Source: Terrimicrobiaceae bacterium
GTDB lineage: Bacteria; Verrucomicrobiota; Verrucomicrobiia; Chthoniobacterales; Terrimicrobiaceae
DNA: 64,000 bases
Reading direction: 5' to 3'
Assembly: GCA_041752695.1 (NCBI GenBank)
Contig: JBGSVZ010000035.1
Coordinates: forward strand, 64,001-128,000
Both the position numbers and the translations under genes were made by a program. Shown here piece by piece: positions 40,351 to 50,096 of the stretch (positions are counted from its first letter, which is position 1; each line of letters begins with the position of its first letter). Under the pieces are notes generated by a model. The model was not told the origin of the DNA, did no database searches, and was given only the letters and a program-made list of their open reading frames with translations.

Positions 40351-41129
40351 AAGTTTTTTTCAGCTGTGGTGAAACGATCCGGCAACTCACGCGCCGCCGG
40401 GCCGGTATAGGTAATGTCTTCCGGTTCCGCCGCTTTGAACGGCCGCTCACGGGTCATTTGTTCGTGAGCGTGGGCAACGTAGCCGGGAGCCCGGCCAACA
40501 ATAAAAAACGATTTACCGAGTGCGGGATCCAACCCGAGATCGCAAAGAATGGCACCGATCGCACCATCCACATTCATATTGATGCGGCGGCCATACACCT
40601 GCTCCGTGGCGTGCTCCAATTCACGGGCAAAATCGCAGTGGCTGCCGTGAATGTTGTATTCACGGGCAAGGTCAAAGAGCACCTTTACCCGCGGATCTGC
40701 GGTGTGAACGCGGTGGCCAAAACCCGGCATCCGCTCCTTGCGGGAACGAAGCCCGGCAAGCAACTCGCTCGCGGTCGTGCCGTCTCTCACTGCGGCTTGA
40801 AGGATCCGTGCGCACGGCTCAATGGCTCCCCCATGCGTGTCCCCAATGGCGGTCACGCCGGCCGCAACTGCGGCCTGAAGCGGCACGCCTGCCGAGGCAA
40901 CAAAGCGAACGGCATCCACGCTCGGCGAGGCTAGGCTATGCTCGCAGCAGCACACTAGCATGGTGCCGATCATTCGCCCCTGATTCCCGGACGGCAATTC
41001 ACCGGTCAGAAGCAGATACATCACGTCTCCGAATGAACATTGTCGTGTAAGGTCTTCAATGCGGTAGCCACGCACCATGATGTCGTTCGGCGCAACGCGC
41101 GAAATGGCGGTTGTCCAGAATTCACTCAT
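40347..41129 (-). CDS. Citryl-CoA lyase-like protein (citrate synthase small-domain fold)
   Basis: WTTAIS, VRGYRIEDL, HGGA, PGFGHRVH..DPR and NVDGAIGA; 260 aa. Confidence 0.88.
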   Translation of the reverse strand: MSEFWTTAISRVAPNDIMVRGYRIEDLTRQCSFGDVMYLLLTGELPSGNQGRMIGTMLVCCCEHSLASPSVDAVRFVASAGVPLQAAVAAGVTAIGDTHGGAIEPCARILQAAVRDGTTASELLAGLRSRKERMPGFGHRVHTADPRVKVLFDLAREYNIHGSHCDFARELEHATEQVYGRRINMNVDGAIGAILCDLGLDPALGKSFFIVGRAPGYVAHAHEQMTRERPFKAAEPEDITYTGPAARELPDRFTTAEKNL

Positions 41130-42004
41130 GAGAGGCCCTCCAAAATGTCATCAAATTTCTCGGCGACATGCACGCCAACGGCGCGCAGGCACTCGGCCTT
41201 GCCCTTCACCGAGCCGCGTCCGCCCTCAACCATGACGGCGGCGTGACCAAAGCGAACGCCCTCCATGTCGTCCACGAAACGACCGGAGAGAAAGGCGTTC
41301 ACTCGCAGGCGGGAAGGTCTTTCACGTAGATAGTCGGCTAATTCCTCTTCGGCGGTGCCTCCCGGTTCACCATAGATCACGACGGTATCTGTGCTCGGGT
41401 CGTCTTCCAACTGTTTGATTAGATCGGTGAAATTACTGCCGATGATGGGATCCCCGCCCACGCCGATGGCAATGCTTTGTCCAATCCCCCGGCTCGTCAG
41501 GAAACTCGCGATTTCCGTGGTCATGCCGCCACTACGGGAAAGGATGGCTACCTTGCCGGGCAAGAACGATTTCCTAACATTATCCACCCGCCCGCCAATG
41601 GTTCCCAGTTTGGCGACGCCCGGGCGGATGAGCCCAAGGGTGTTTGGACCAATCACTGTGCAGCCCGATTCGCGCGCGGCAGCGACGAGGCAGGCAGTGT
41701 CGCGGCGCGGGACACGTTCGCTCATGATGAGGCAGAGTTTGATGCCGTGGGCGAAGCTTTCGAGCGAGGCATCAAGCACGCCTGCAGCCGGCACGGAGAC
41801 AACGCTCACGGTGGGTTGATGCGCGGCCACGGCGGCTTGCACGGTGTCATAAACCGGGACACCGTGGACGTTTTGGCCACCTTTTCCAGGAGTGACTCCG
41901 GCCACAATCTGACTTCCGTAAGCGAGTGCCTCGGCAACCATTTCACTGGCTTCGCGTCCGGTGATGCCTTGCACGAGAATCCGGTCTTGAGATGAGATCA
42001 ACAT
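41126..42004 (-). CDS. Succinyl-CoA synthetase alpha-like CoA ligase subunit
   Basis: VQGITGRE, VAGVTPGKGG, IGPNTLG, SRSGGMT and phospho-His motif FGHA. Confidence 0.88.
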   Translation of the reverse strand: MLISSQDRILVQGITGREASEMVAEALAYGSQIVAGVTPGKGGQNVHGVPVYDTVQAAVAAHQPTVSVVSVPAAGVLDASLESFAHGIKLCLIMSERVPRRDTACLVAAARESGCTVIGPNTLGLIRPGVAKLGTIGGRVDNVRKSFLPGKVAILSRSGGMTTEIASFLTSRGIGQSIAIGVGGDPIIGSNFTDLIKQLEDDPSTDTVVIYGEPGGTAEEELADYLRERPSRLRVNAFLSGRFVDDMEGVRFGHAAVMVEGGRGSVKGKAECLRAVGVHVAEKFDDILEGLS

Positions 42005-42011
42005 AGAAAAA

Positions 42012-43199
42012 TTAGGATTGGGAATGCTTTGCGGCAAGGGCGGCAGCGGCATCAAGTGAGACGTCGCGGCCAAGGGCGGTCACACCATTGTCACGCAGCA
42101 GCGCGACGGCTTCATCCTCCCAAGAACCAGGGATGCGGAAAACAGAAAGCACCTCGACCGGCTCTCGCCCGGCAGCGCGGATACCATCAACCACGCCTTT
42201 GGCCATCACGTCGGCCCGGGTGTTGTTGACCACGTTCATAATCACGGCCATCTGCCGAACCCCGGGCTTCGAGAGCAGCAGCTTCGTGAGATCGGCCACC
42301 TTTTCGGACGTGGGATTTCCACCGATTTCACAGTAGTTCGCGGGCTTGCCGCCATGGCGGAGAATTGCGTCAAAAACAGTGAGACTGGCCCCGCCACCCC
42401 CGATCAACAGCGCGAGATCGCCCGGAAACTCGACCACTCTCCCGGCCACGCCTCGGTGGTCGCGGGCATCAATACGGGCCGCCTCCTCCTCAATCGCCGT
42501 GGGTGTGCGCCCGCCAAATGTTTTGGGAATCTCCCCAAGATCCGCAAACTCGGATTTCAAACGATATGCGGCGTCGTCATCAAATTCCGCGTGCGCATCG
42601 AGAGCGAGCAGGCCTCCTTCCGCGGTGACAACGAGGGGATTGATTTCGAGGGTGAGGGCGTCCAGATCAAGAAACGCCTTGCTTAGCGCGGCAATAACCG
42701 AACCCACGAGCACCAACTCACGGCCTTTTAGCCCGCCTTGCGCGGCCAGTTCGCGGCCCTGATAGGGGGTGAGTGGCTCACGCGGATCGAAGGCCCGCTG
42801 CACAGCAAGCGAGGCACCCGATTCGACATCAATGCCGCCGGCAGAATTAAAGATTGCCACGGGCTGGCGTTTGCGCAGATCCCATGCCACACCAACATAG
42901 TATTCTTGGTCAAAGGCGGCTCTCGGTTCCAGAGTAACACATGTGACGGGGTAACCACGGAGTTCCTTTCCGAGGAGATCGGCAGCATGCTCCGCTGCCT
43001 CGGAGTCGGAGGCGATCATGCGCACAGCACCGAGTTTTCCACGCCCTCCGAAGGGCACCTGTGCCTTCATCACCGCAACGCCGCCGATGGCTCGGAAGGC
43101 AGTTTGCGCTTCCTCAACCGTGGTGGTCAAGTGGGGCTGAATGAAAGGCAATCCATGGCGTCCAAGCAGGCGTTTGCATTGGTGTTCGAGAAGTCTCAT
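42012..43199 (-). CDS. Succinyl-CoA synthetase beta-like ATP-grasp CoA ligase subunit (divergent)
   Basis: LLEHQCK, KAQVPFGGRGK and LEINPLV. The ligase domain has GGGGAS, NYCEIGGNP and MNVVNNTRAD instead of the canonical SucC motifs. Confidence 0.85.
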   Translation of the reverse strand: MRLLEHQCKRLLGRHGLPFIQPHLTTTVEEAQTAFRAIGGVAVMKAQVPFGGRGKLGAVRMIASDSEAAEHAADLLGKELRGYPVTCVTLEPRAAFDQEYYVGVAWDLRKRQPVAIFNSAGGIDVESGASLAVQRAFDPREPLTPYQGRELAAQGGLKGRELVLVGSVIAALSKAFLDLDALTLEINPLVVTAEGGLLALDAHAEFDDDAAYRLKSEFADLGEIPKTFGGRTPTAIEEEAARIDARDHRGVAGRVVEFPGDLALLIGGGGASLTVFDAILRHGGKPANYCEIGGNPTSEKVADLTKLLLSKPGVRQMAVIMNVVNNTRADVMAKGVVDGIRAAGREPVEVLSVFRIPGSWEDEAVALLRDNGVTALGRDVSLDAAAALAAKHSQS

Positions 43200-44377
43200 A
43201 GAGCGTCGATTTCTTTTTGGAGAGTTTGGAAAAAGCGGGCGGCTTCGGCACCATCCGCGGCGCGGTGGTCACAAGCCAGGGTGAACCAGGCAGTTTTGTG
43301 TCCTCCCGCAGAGTCCACCGCGCGTCCCGTGCCGAGCACGGCGGCCTGACCGGCAAAGACGGATGGCTGAAACACATCGATTCCGAACATCCCGAGATTG
43401 GAGATGGCAAAGGGAGCACGCTCGAGATCCGCGCGTTTCAATTGGCCGGCATCGGCCCGCGCCTTGAGAAGCAACACGGTCGCGGAAATCTCTGCCAGCG
43501 TCATAGCTTGCGGATTGCGCACCACTGGTGCCAGCAGCCCCAAGGCAGTTTCCATCGCTACCGCGACTGAAACGTCCTCAATCCGATAACGGTTGCCATC
43601 GATGCTGGTAAGCAGGGAACAGTGTGCGCTCAGCGCCCGACCAAGGCACAGAATCAGTCGGTGCGTAAACGTAATCCCCGCCACCTTGCGGCTAAGGGTT
43701 GTCACGTCAAACTGTCGGCTGATCGAAAACATAGGGATCGTGCGGACGGCAGCCTCCATTTGTCCAATCAGGCCCGCGCGCGACATCGGGAACGGTTGCC
43801 AGTCGCCGCCGGAAGTCATCGGCTGAGAAGGCGGGTGTTTCTCAGGAGTCGGAGGAGTTGGGACGTTGAGCGGGGGAGTCGGTGACGCAGTCTGCGCTTG
43901 GTATTCCTCAACATCGCTTCGTTTGATGCGTCCGGCAGGTCCCGTGCCGACAATCTGCCGGAGGTCTAAACCAAGCGAGGCCGCCACCTTGCGGGCCAGT
44001 GGCGACGCGCGCACTTTTCCCTCCGCCGCCGGAGGTAAATCCGGGGCAGATTCCGCAACCGCAGGATGTGCCGCCGGAACGGGTGCTTTTGGCGCGGCAG
44101 GAGGCACGGCCTTCGTTACGGGCGGTTGCTCACCAATCGTGCAGACCGGTGTTTTTTCGCCTATTTCCTGCAATTCAGAAATAAAAACTTCGTGAACAAA
44201 TCCCGCGTAAGGGCTGTTAATCTCGATGTTTGCCTTTTGGGTTTCCACTGCGCCCAGTGCCTGTCCTTCCGTAACCTGGTCCCCCGGCTTCACTAACACA
44301 TTGGTCACCGTGACAAACTCCATGTTGAGTTCCACATTGGGGAGGAGAACGGTGCGAACGGGCGGAATTTCGGACAT
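43196..44377 (-). CDS. Dihydrolipoamide acyltransferase (E2)
   Basis: Lipoyl domain VETQKA, subunit-binding domain ASPLARKVA...GTGPAGRI and catalytic DHRAADG. Confidence 0.92.
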   Translation of the reverse strand: MSEIPPVRTVLLPNVELNMEFVTVTNVLVKPGDQVTEGQALGAVETQKANIEINSPYAGFVHEVFISELQEIGEKTPVCTIGEQPPVTKAVPPAAPKAPVPAAHPAVAESAPDLPPAAEGKVRASPLARKVAASLGLDLRQIVGTGPAGRIKRSDVEEYQAQTASPTPPLNVPTPPTPEKHPPSQPMTSGGDWQPFPMSRAGLIGQMEAAVRTIPMFSISRQFDVTTLSRKVAGITFTHRLILCLGRALSAHCSLLTSIDGNRYRIEDVSVAVAMETALGLLAPVVRNPQAMTLAEISATVLLLKARADAGQLKRADLERAPFAISNLGMFGIDVFQPSVFAGQAAVLGTGRAVDSAGGHKTAWFTLACDHRAADGAEAARFFQTLQKEIDAL

Positions 44378-44445
44378 GGCAGTTGTTTAATATGCAAATA
44401 AATGCTTAAAACGCAATATTTTTCGCTCGTCACGAGTCCGTCAAG

Positions 44446-45225
44446 CTAGGGATTAGCGAGCTTGAAGCCGCCATCGGCTTCAAGGACCTGGCCGGTGACA
44501 AAGGAGGATTGCTCCGAAAGTAGAAACACGATCACGCTGGCAATTTCATCCGGCCGGCCGATCCGTCCAATGGGGGTGGCTTGGTGCATCCGGCTGGTAA
44601 GCTCGCCCGGCGGCAGTCCGAGCACAGCGCCACGCTCCCGCTCAACGACCTCCCACATCGGAGTTTCAATCACGCCGGGGCTCACTGCATTGACGCGAAC
44701 ACCAGACAGTGCATACTCGAGGGCTAGGGTGCGGGTCACGTGATCGATGCCGATTTTGCTTACGCCGTAATCAATATTGTTTGGTCGTGGACCATGTGCG
44801 GAGGTGGCTGAAATGGTGACGATTGAACCGGAATGGCAGGCTTCTTTAATGTGCTCAGCCACGGCTCTGGCGTAGAAAAAGACGCTGGTGAGATTAAGCC
44901 GAAGAATCGCCTCCCAATCTTCGAGGGTGACATCCTGGAGCGGACGGAGTTTGATTCGTCCAGCACAGGCGACAAGCCCATCAAGCCGACCAAAACGTTC
45001 CAGTGCCGCTGTGATCATACGTTGGTCGCTGCCGTCTGCCGTGACGTCCAAGGCGAGGGTAGCGACTCGCTCGTTATCTCCAGGAAACGACTCCAGAAGG
45101 GCATCGGGCCGCAGATCTACGGCGAGCACCGATCCGCCCTCTTCAAAAATTCGTTTGGTGGACGCCAATCCGATGCCGCTGGCACCACCGGTGACGATGA
45201 AGGTTTTGTTGTCGAGAGATTTCAT
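44446..45225 (-). CDS. Short-chain dehydrogenase/reductase
   Basis: [13 protein letters not shown] and RVNAVSPG. Confidence 0.92.
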   Translation of the reverse strand: MKSLDNKTFIVTGGASGIGLASTKRIFEEGGSVLAVDLRPDALLESFPGDNERVATLALDVTADGSDQRMITAALERFGRLDGLVACAGRIKLRPLQDVTLEDWEAILRLNLTSVFFYARAVAEHIKEACHSGSIVTISATSAHGPRPNNIDYGVSKIGIDHVTRTLALEYALSGVRVNAVSPGVIETPMWEVVERERGAVLGLPPGELTSRMHQATPIGRIGRPDEIASVIVFLLSEQSSFVTGQVLEADGGFKLANP

Positions 45226-45242
45226 AATCTAAAAATCGGGGG

Positions 45243-46376
45243 TTACGCTCCCGGCATGGCAAATTTTTCCACGACATCCTCAAGGATAGTGACTCCCAAA
45301 CCAGGCACGTCGCGCAAGGCTAGGTAACCGTCTTTTTGAACCCAAGGATCGGTGACGAGTTCGTGCTGCATGGGCGAAGGATGAGGTTTAAAATCCATGC
45401 ACCAACCGGCCCGAGAAGAGGCCAGCAGATGAACGCTGGCAGCCGTGTTGATTGCGCTGCTCCAGGTGTGAGCACTGAATTTCAGGTTGGCTGCCTCAAT
45501 CAGCGGGATGACCTTGCGGCAACCCGTGATGCCCTGGCAGCGGCCGGGGTCTAACTGCACGACATCAACGCCACCTGCGTCAAGTAGGCGGCGATAACCA
45601 TCAACATTCCACTCCTGCTCCCCCGTGCCAATGCGTGTGGTCGTCTGCGATCGGAGAAACTTATGCGCCTTGTAATCCTGCGGCGGCAACGGCTCCTCGA
45701 TCCAAAGCAGGCCCACTTCCTCCAACGCGCGGATTCGCTGAATGGCGGTATGCACATCCCAGCGCACGCGAGCCCCCAACACATCAAGCACCAGGGGCGT
45801 ATCCTCACCGATGGCCTGCCGGATTTTCTTTGCCAAGGCGAGATCCCGTTTCGCATCGGTGCCAAAAACCGAATCCGGACGCGTACCCCAACCACCCTTT
45901 ACAATCGGATAGCCAGCTTCCGCCATAAACCGAAACTCATCCACCGTCCAACCCAAATTGTCCATATCCAGGTGGATGGACCCCATCGCCATCACCTTGT
46001 CGGTGAGCGGTCCCCCGATCAAATGACAGACGGGCACACCGAGTAGCTTGCCTTTCAAATCCCAGAGCGCCATGTCCACCGCGCTCAGCGCAAAGGCCGC
46101 GCTGCCTTGCGGCCCATACCACCACGTGCGGTCCACCATTTCGTGCCACCGCGCCTCAACTTCCAGCGCACTTTTCCCTTCGATCAATGGCCCGTAGCCT
46201 TCTTCAATAATCGTTTTCGCCGCCTTGCACGACTCAGGAAACTGGCTGATGCACTCTCCCCAACCGACCGTGCCGTCGGCCACCTCAACCCGGCAAAGCG
46301 TCACGTAACGCAAAGCCCCATGATCATGCGGTTCGGGATACTGGAGGGGAAATGCGGAGACGCGACGGATCTTCAT
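45243..46376 (-). CDS. Mandelate racemase/muconate lactonizing enzyme family protein (second copy)
   Basis: GWGE, VDMALWDLKGK, WIEEP, GTGEQE and PGLGV. It has KGG where the KxK motif normally lies. Confidence 0.9.
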   Translation of the reverse strand: MKIRRVSAFPLQYPEPHDHGALRYVTLCRVEVADGTVGWGECISQFPESCKAAKTIIEEGYGPLIEGKSALEVEARWHEMVDRTWWYGPQGSAAFALSAVDMALWDLKGKLLGVPVCHLIGGPLTDKVMAMGSIHLDMDNLGWTVDEFRFMAEAGYPIVKGGWGTRPDSVFGTDAKRDLALAKKIRQAIGEDTPLVLDVLGARVRWDVHTAIQRIRALEEVGLLWIEEPLPPQDYKAHKFLRSQTTTRIGTGEQEWNVDGYRRLLDAGGVDVVQLDPGRCQGITGCRKVIPLIEAANLKFSAHTWSSAINTAASVHLLASSRAGWCMDFKPHPSPMQHELVTDPWVQKDGYLALRDVPGLGVTILEDVVEKFAMPGA

Positions 46377-46749
46377 ACCATTTTGCATAAAAAATAATAA
46401 CATGTATGAAAAGCAATTTTTTCGCAGCAATGATCTTGTTCACCAGCACCAGCCTGAGAGCTAGGGCTTTTGAGGCTACTTCCTATCTGAAGCTCCGACC
46501 TTATTCACAAGCGACTTTCAGCAGCTTTGCCAAGTCGCCGTGAAATAGGTAGTCGCGTGAGGCGACGACAGCAAGTAAGACACAGCGCTTGCCTTTAGTG
46601 GCGTGCATGGCATGAGGCACGGACGCATGTAGTACACCGCACCCGCAGATCAATGGTGGCTTGGCGGTGAGTCTTCGGAGTCGAGTTCTTACGAAGCAAA
46701 TGAAAAACCTATCTCACCGTCAAGCAAGTCTTGAATCCCCTCTTGGCCG

Positions 46750-47370
46750 TTCGGGGGGGGGGATAGGGCCGTCCAGCCCGAAGACCGGACGGCGCCACCC
46801 ACAGAACCGGACGAGCAAGATTATCGCATCCGGTTCCTCAAGTTGCGGGATCGTTCACATTCGGGAGTAAATGATTCTCGCCGGGGTCAGCGGGAACACC
46901 TGCATGTTGGAGACGAACTGCTGCCAGTTCGGTCCTCGGCTGCGATTGCGCCGAGCCAGCCACTTGCGCAACAGTTTTGCCACCTGCCACCACAGCTCTT
47001 TGAGCTTGCGGGCGTTGCCGGTGACACCCGCTGGACCTTTTGCGCCTCCTTCAGGCTCTCGAAGCCCATGATGAAGTCATCGGCAAATCGGACCATGAAG
47101 GTGCGCCCTCCACACGCAGACTGAACGGATTCGACGAACCATTTGTCCAGCACTTCATGCAGGTAGATGTTGCTCAGTAGTGGTGAGATGACTCCGCCCT
47201 GCGGCGTCCCCTTTTCCCTTTTCCCAGACCCTTGCCTTCAGCCATTTGGCGATCAGGCGGCCTATCACTCCATCTTGACCCCACGGCCCAGGCAGTTCCT
47301 GCATTTGTCGGTGATCGACAGTGTCGAAGACACATGCGTAAAACCGCCTCCAGCACGGTTGCCACTGGGT
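46750..47370 (-). mobile_element. Degenerate group II intron (RT/maturase fragments + ribozyme domains V-VI)
   Basis: Minus-strand peptides VATVLEAV, FDTVDH, GTPQGGVISPLLSNIYLH, RFADDF and KWLARRNR. These are followed by domain-V-like GAGGAACCGGATGCGATAATCTTGCTCGTCCGGTTCTGTGGG (46798-46839) and a domain-VI-like hairpin. Confidence 0.9.
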
Positions 47371-47410
47371 GGTAAAAAATCCATGTTCTTAAAAGAAATA
47401 TCCATCATCA

Positions 47411-49425
47411 TCAAGGTGTGGCGGCAACGCGAACGCGGGCAAAAATACTGCGACCGTTTGTGGAGGAACCACGGACTGTAACCCGCTCCAGCGAATCGTT
47501 GATACTCTGGGTGCTCTCAGTCGCCAAGAGGTCCACAGCCCAAGCTGAAAGGGTCTCACTAAACTCAACGGAGTAGCTGATTCCTGGATTGGACCCTGTC
47601 TTGCGACGCAGGTAGGTAATTTGGAGTTTGCCGTTGCCGTCCACAGAGACAAAGGGGAGGCCTGACGAGCCATCGTTGGCGAGGACGCTGGCATTGGGCG
47701 TAGAGAGATTAGGGGTTTGCCCCGGTCCATTACCAAACATGTTAAATGCAAACTTAAGGAGATTGGCCACGCCATCACCTGCGGGTGCCTGTGCATCTTG
47801 GGATCCATCGATAGCCAGACTGAAGTCGCGGCGGAATTGCGCGAGACCTCCGGTACCGCCCCCTCCCGAGCCAGGGTCGACGATGGCGGCAATCGAAGAC
47901 CCGTCGAGTTCCTGCAAATAGCGGATGAGGTTCGCCTGATCCGAGGCGCTCAAGGAAAGTACCCGACGGTGCGGGGTGGCTTTGAGAAGGTTGGACGGGG
48001 TGCTGACAGTCATGGAATCGATACCAAATCCATCCCCGCTACTTGAAATGACAACACTATTGTTCCCAGCGACAAAGTTGACGTTCTCCAGGCGGGCGAC
48101 GAGGTAATGATCAAATTGCCACCCTGGATTCTGCCCTACGAGCGTCAGAGGGTAGTTGGTCGAATTTACCCGCACGGTAATATTCTTGCTGCCGCCTGCA
48201 GTGAATCGGAGCTCGATGGAGCCAACACCCGCAGTAGAGCCGGCAGGAATGGACGCAAAAGTAACCGATCCAGCACCGTTCCACTGCACAAGCCCGCCTT
48301 TTTGGACTTGGTTGAAATAGTTGATGTTTACGTAATTGGGGCGTTCCACGGAACCGGATAGGACGCCATCCTCAGCCTGGTAAACCGTGCCTCCTGCGGT
48401 TCGGAAAACCTGTTCCAGAGTCGCGGCGGAGCCGTCATGAAAATAGGGCGCGGTGGCGTGCACTCCAGCTAGGGTGGGAGTATCGATACCAGGCAGTGTA
48501 GTTCCCAAGCGGCCGCCGGAGCTGGTGCGCAGCGTGCCAACATCATGCAAGCTAGGCTCCACGCCAATCCCCCCATGGAATCAGTAAACTGGGTTCCGCC
48601 ATGGCATGTCACACAGCTTTGGCTGGCAAAGATGGTCTGGCCCGCGATGGCAGCCGGGGTCAGAAAGCCCTGCGCGGTACGGAAGGGGCTTTTGGGAACC
48701 GTTTCCCGATTAAGGCTGCCCACATAGGCGGCCATCGCATCTAGGTCACCGCTCAACCCTGCCTTGGATGTACCTAATGGCTGCGAAATCGTGACGGCAT
48801 CGATCAAACCCGATCCTCCCTGGTGAGCCCGGATATTATTCTCGAAATCCTGGATTTCATCAAAATTGCCGCTCCAGTGCACATTACCGTGTCCCATACC
48901 CACCCTGCCCCGCAGGTCGATGGTGTTGCGCAGGCCCTCACCGCGCTGGGTGAAATCCCAGACTCGCCCATCCTGCCCTCCATCGCTATGGCAGGTCGCA
49001 CAGCTGACGTAGGTGCCGCGACTCATAACTTCCGTGCCGAGGTTATCCATTAAGGATGCGTTGTAGAAGAGCTGTTTGCCTTGCAGGATGCGGGAAGTTA
49101 GCTTTTCCACCGCGACAACCCGCGTCGTAACGGCAGAAGAGTTGCGCGTTCCTTGGGAAATGAAGGCATTCAAATCAAGCACGGACACATCCCGCGTCAT
49201 GAAATTGTTCACGAAGAGCTTTTTTGTAGCCGGATCAAACACTTGCCCCTGGGGGGATAGGCCGGTTGGCACTCTCCATCGCGTCGTTTTCGACCCTCCC
49301 TGCCGGAGGGATAAATCATCATAGAGCGCGACCTCATTATTTCCTTGGAGCGTGACGAACGCCCAGTCCCCCAAAGGCGAGAAAGTCACACTGGTGGGAG
49401 AATCACTGTTATCGATAAACGCGCC
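47411..49425 (-). pseudogene. 5'-truncated, frameshifted YVTN-propeller / di-heme cytochrome c peroxidase-like surface protein with CBM-like and C-terminal domain
   Basis: CATCH and CVTCH heme motifs, HWSGNFDEIQDFE, TPTLAGVHATAPYFHDGSA. Frame change near the C-run at about 48569-48574; no N-terminus present. Confidence 0.8.
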
Positions 49426-50096
49426 ATTATCGACCGACATCTGGTGACGGAAGTGTCCCTGCAACTTCAGACCCTCATCGAAAACGCCCGCTTTCGCACC
49501 AATGAGATGAATGCGGAAATGACCCGCTGCGCTACCACCCTTGGGGTTACTCTCCGACTTATTTGGGAACCTGTCACCGACGGTTTACCTGCGGGATTGC
49601 CGCACGTCCGCAGGCTCCTCCTTGTCGATCATGCGGCTTGGAGCGAAGAAGAACGTTCCACCGTTGGCCGCTTTCTCTATCAACTGATCCGAGAAGAGCG
49701 CGCTCGCGATCGCGCCGCCCCCGGCACGGAGCAACTTCAGCGGGCCTTGGACTACCGGCGCTGGCACACTTTCGCCGCCGCACGCCGACAGAATGATCGC
49801 TGGGAGCGCCTGACACGCAAACGTTATGGCACCGGCTCCGGTGGAGAAAAGGCCCTCATACTCACCATCCCTCAGATGGCTGCTGCCTCGTCTCACTAAA
49901 AAATGCCGCCGCGCACGCCACGATTTCAGGCATCGCCATCTATCAGCTTGTCGCGGATGCCGAATCCATTTCCGCCACCCGCTGGGTTTGGAACGGCAGG
50001 AAAAATCAACTGGCACCCGTGCCCGACACCCCAGAGTTACGCTCGTCCGAGCCCATTCCAAACGCCCTATCCAACAATGTGTTCCCCATCGGATAA
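49425..50096 (+). pseudogene. C-terminal remnant of TIGR02680-like SMC ATPase (Wadjet type III JetC)
   Basis: ALDYRRWH, ABC signature GSGGEKA and AAASSH* (premature stop). A second frame gives IAIYQL...TRWVWNG; the Walker B segment is absent. Confidence 0.78.

Noticed and set aside
40347..43199. Evidence for autotrophic reductive TCA cycle
   Set aside because: No ferredoxin-dependent 2-oxoacid synthases or fumarate reductase are present, and the neighbours are catabolic.
46887..47230. Novel reverse-transcriptase system (retron, DGR or defence RT)
   Set aside because: The fragments are typical group II intron RT blocks followed by domain V/VI, and the ORF is broken.
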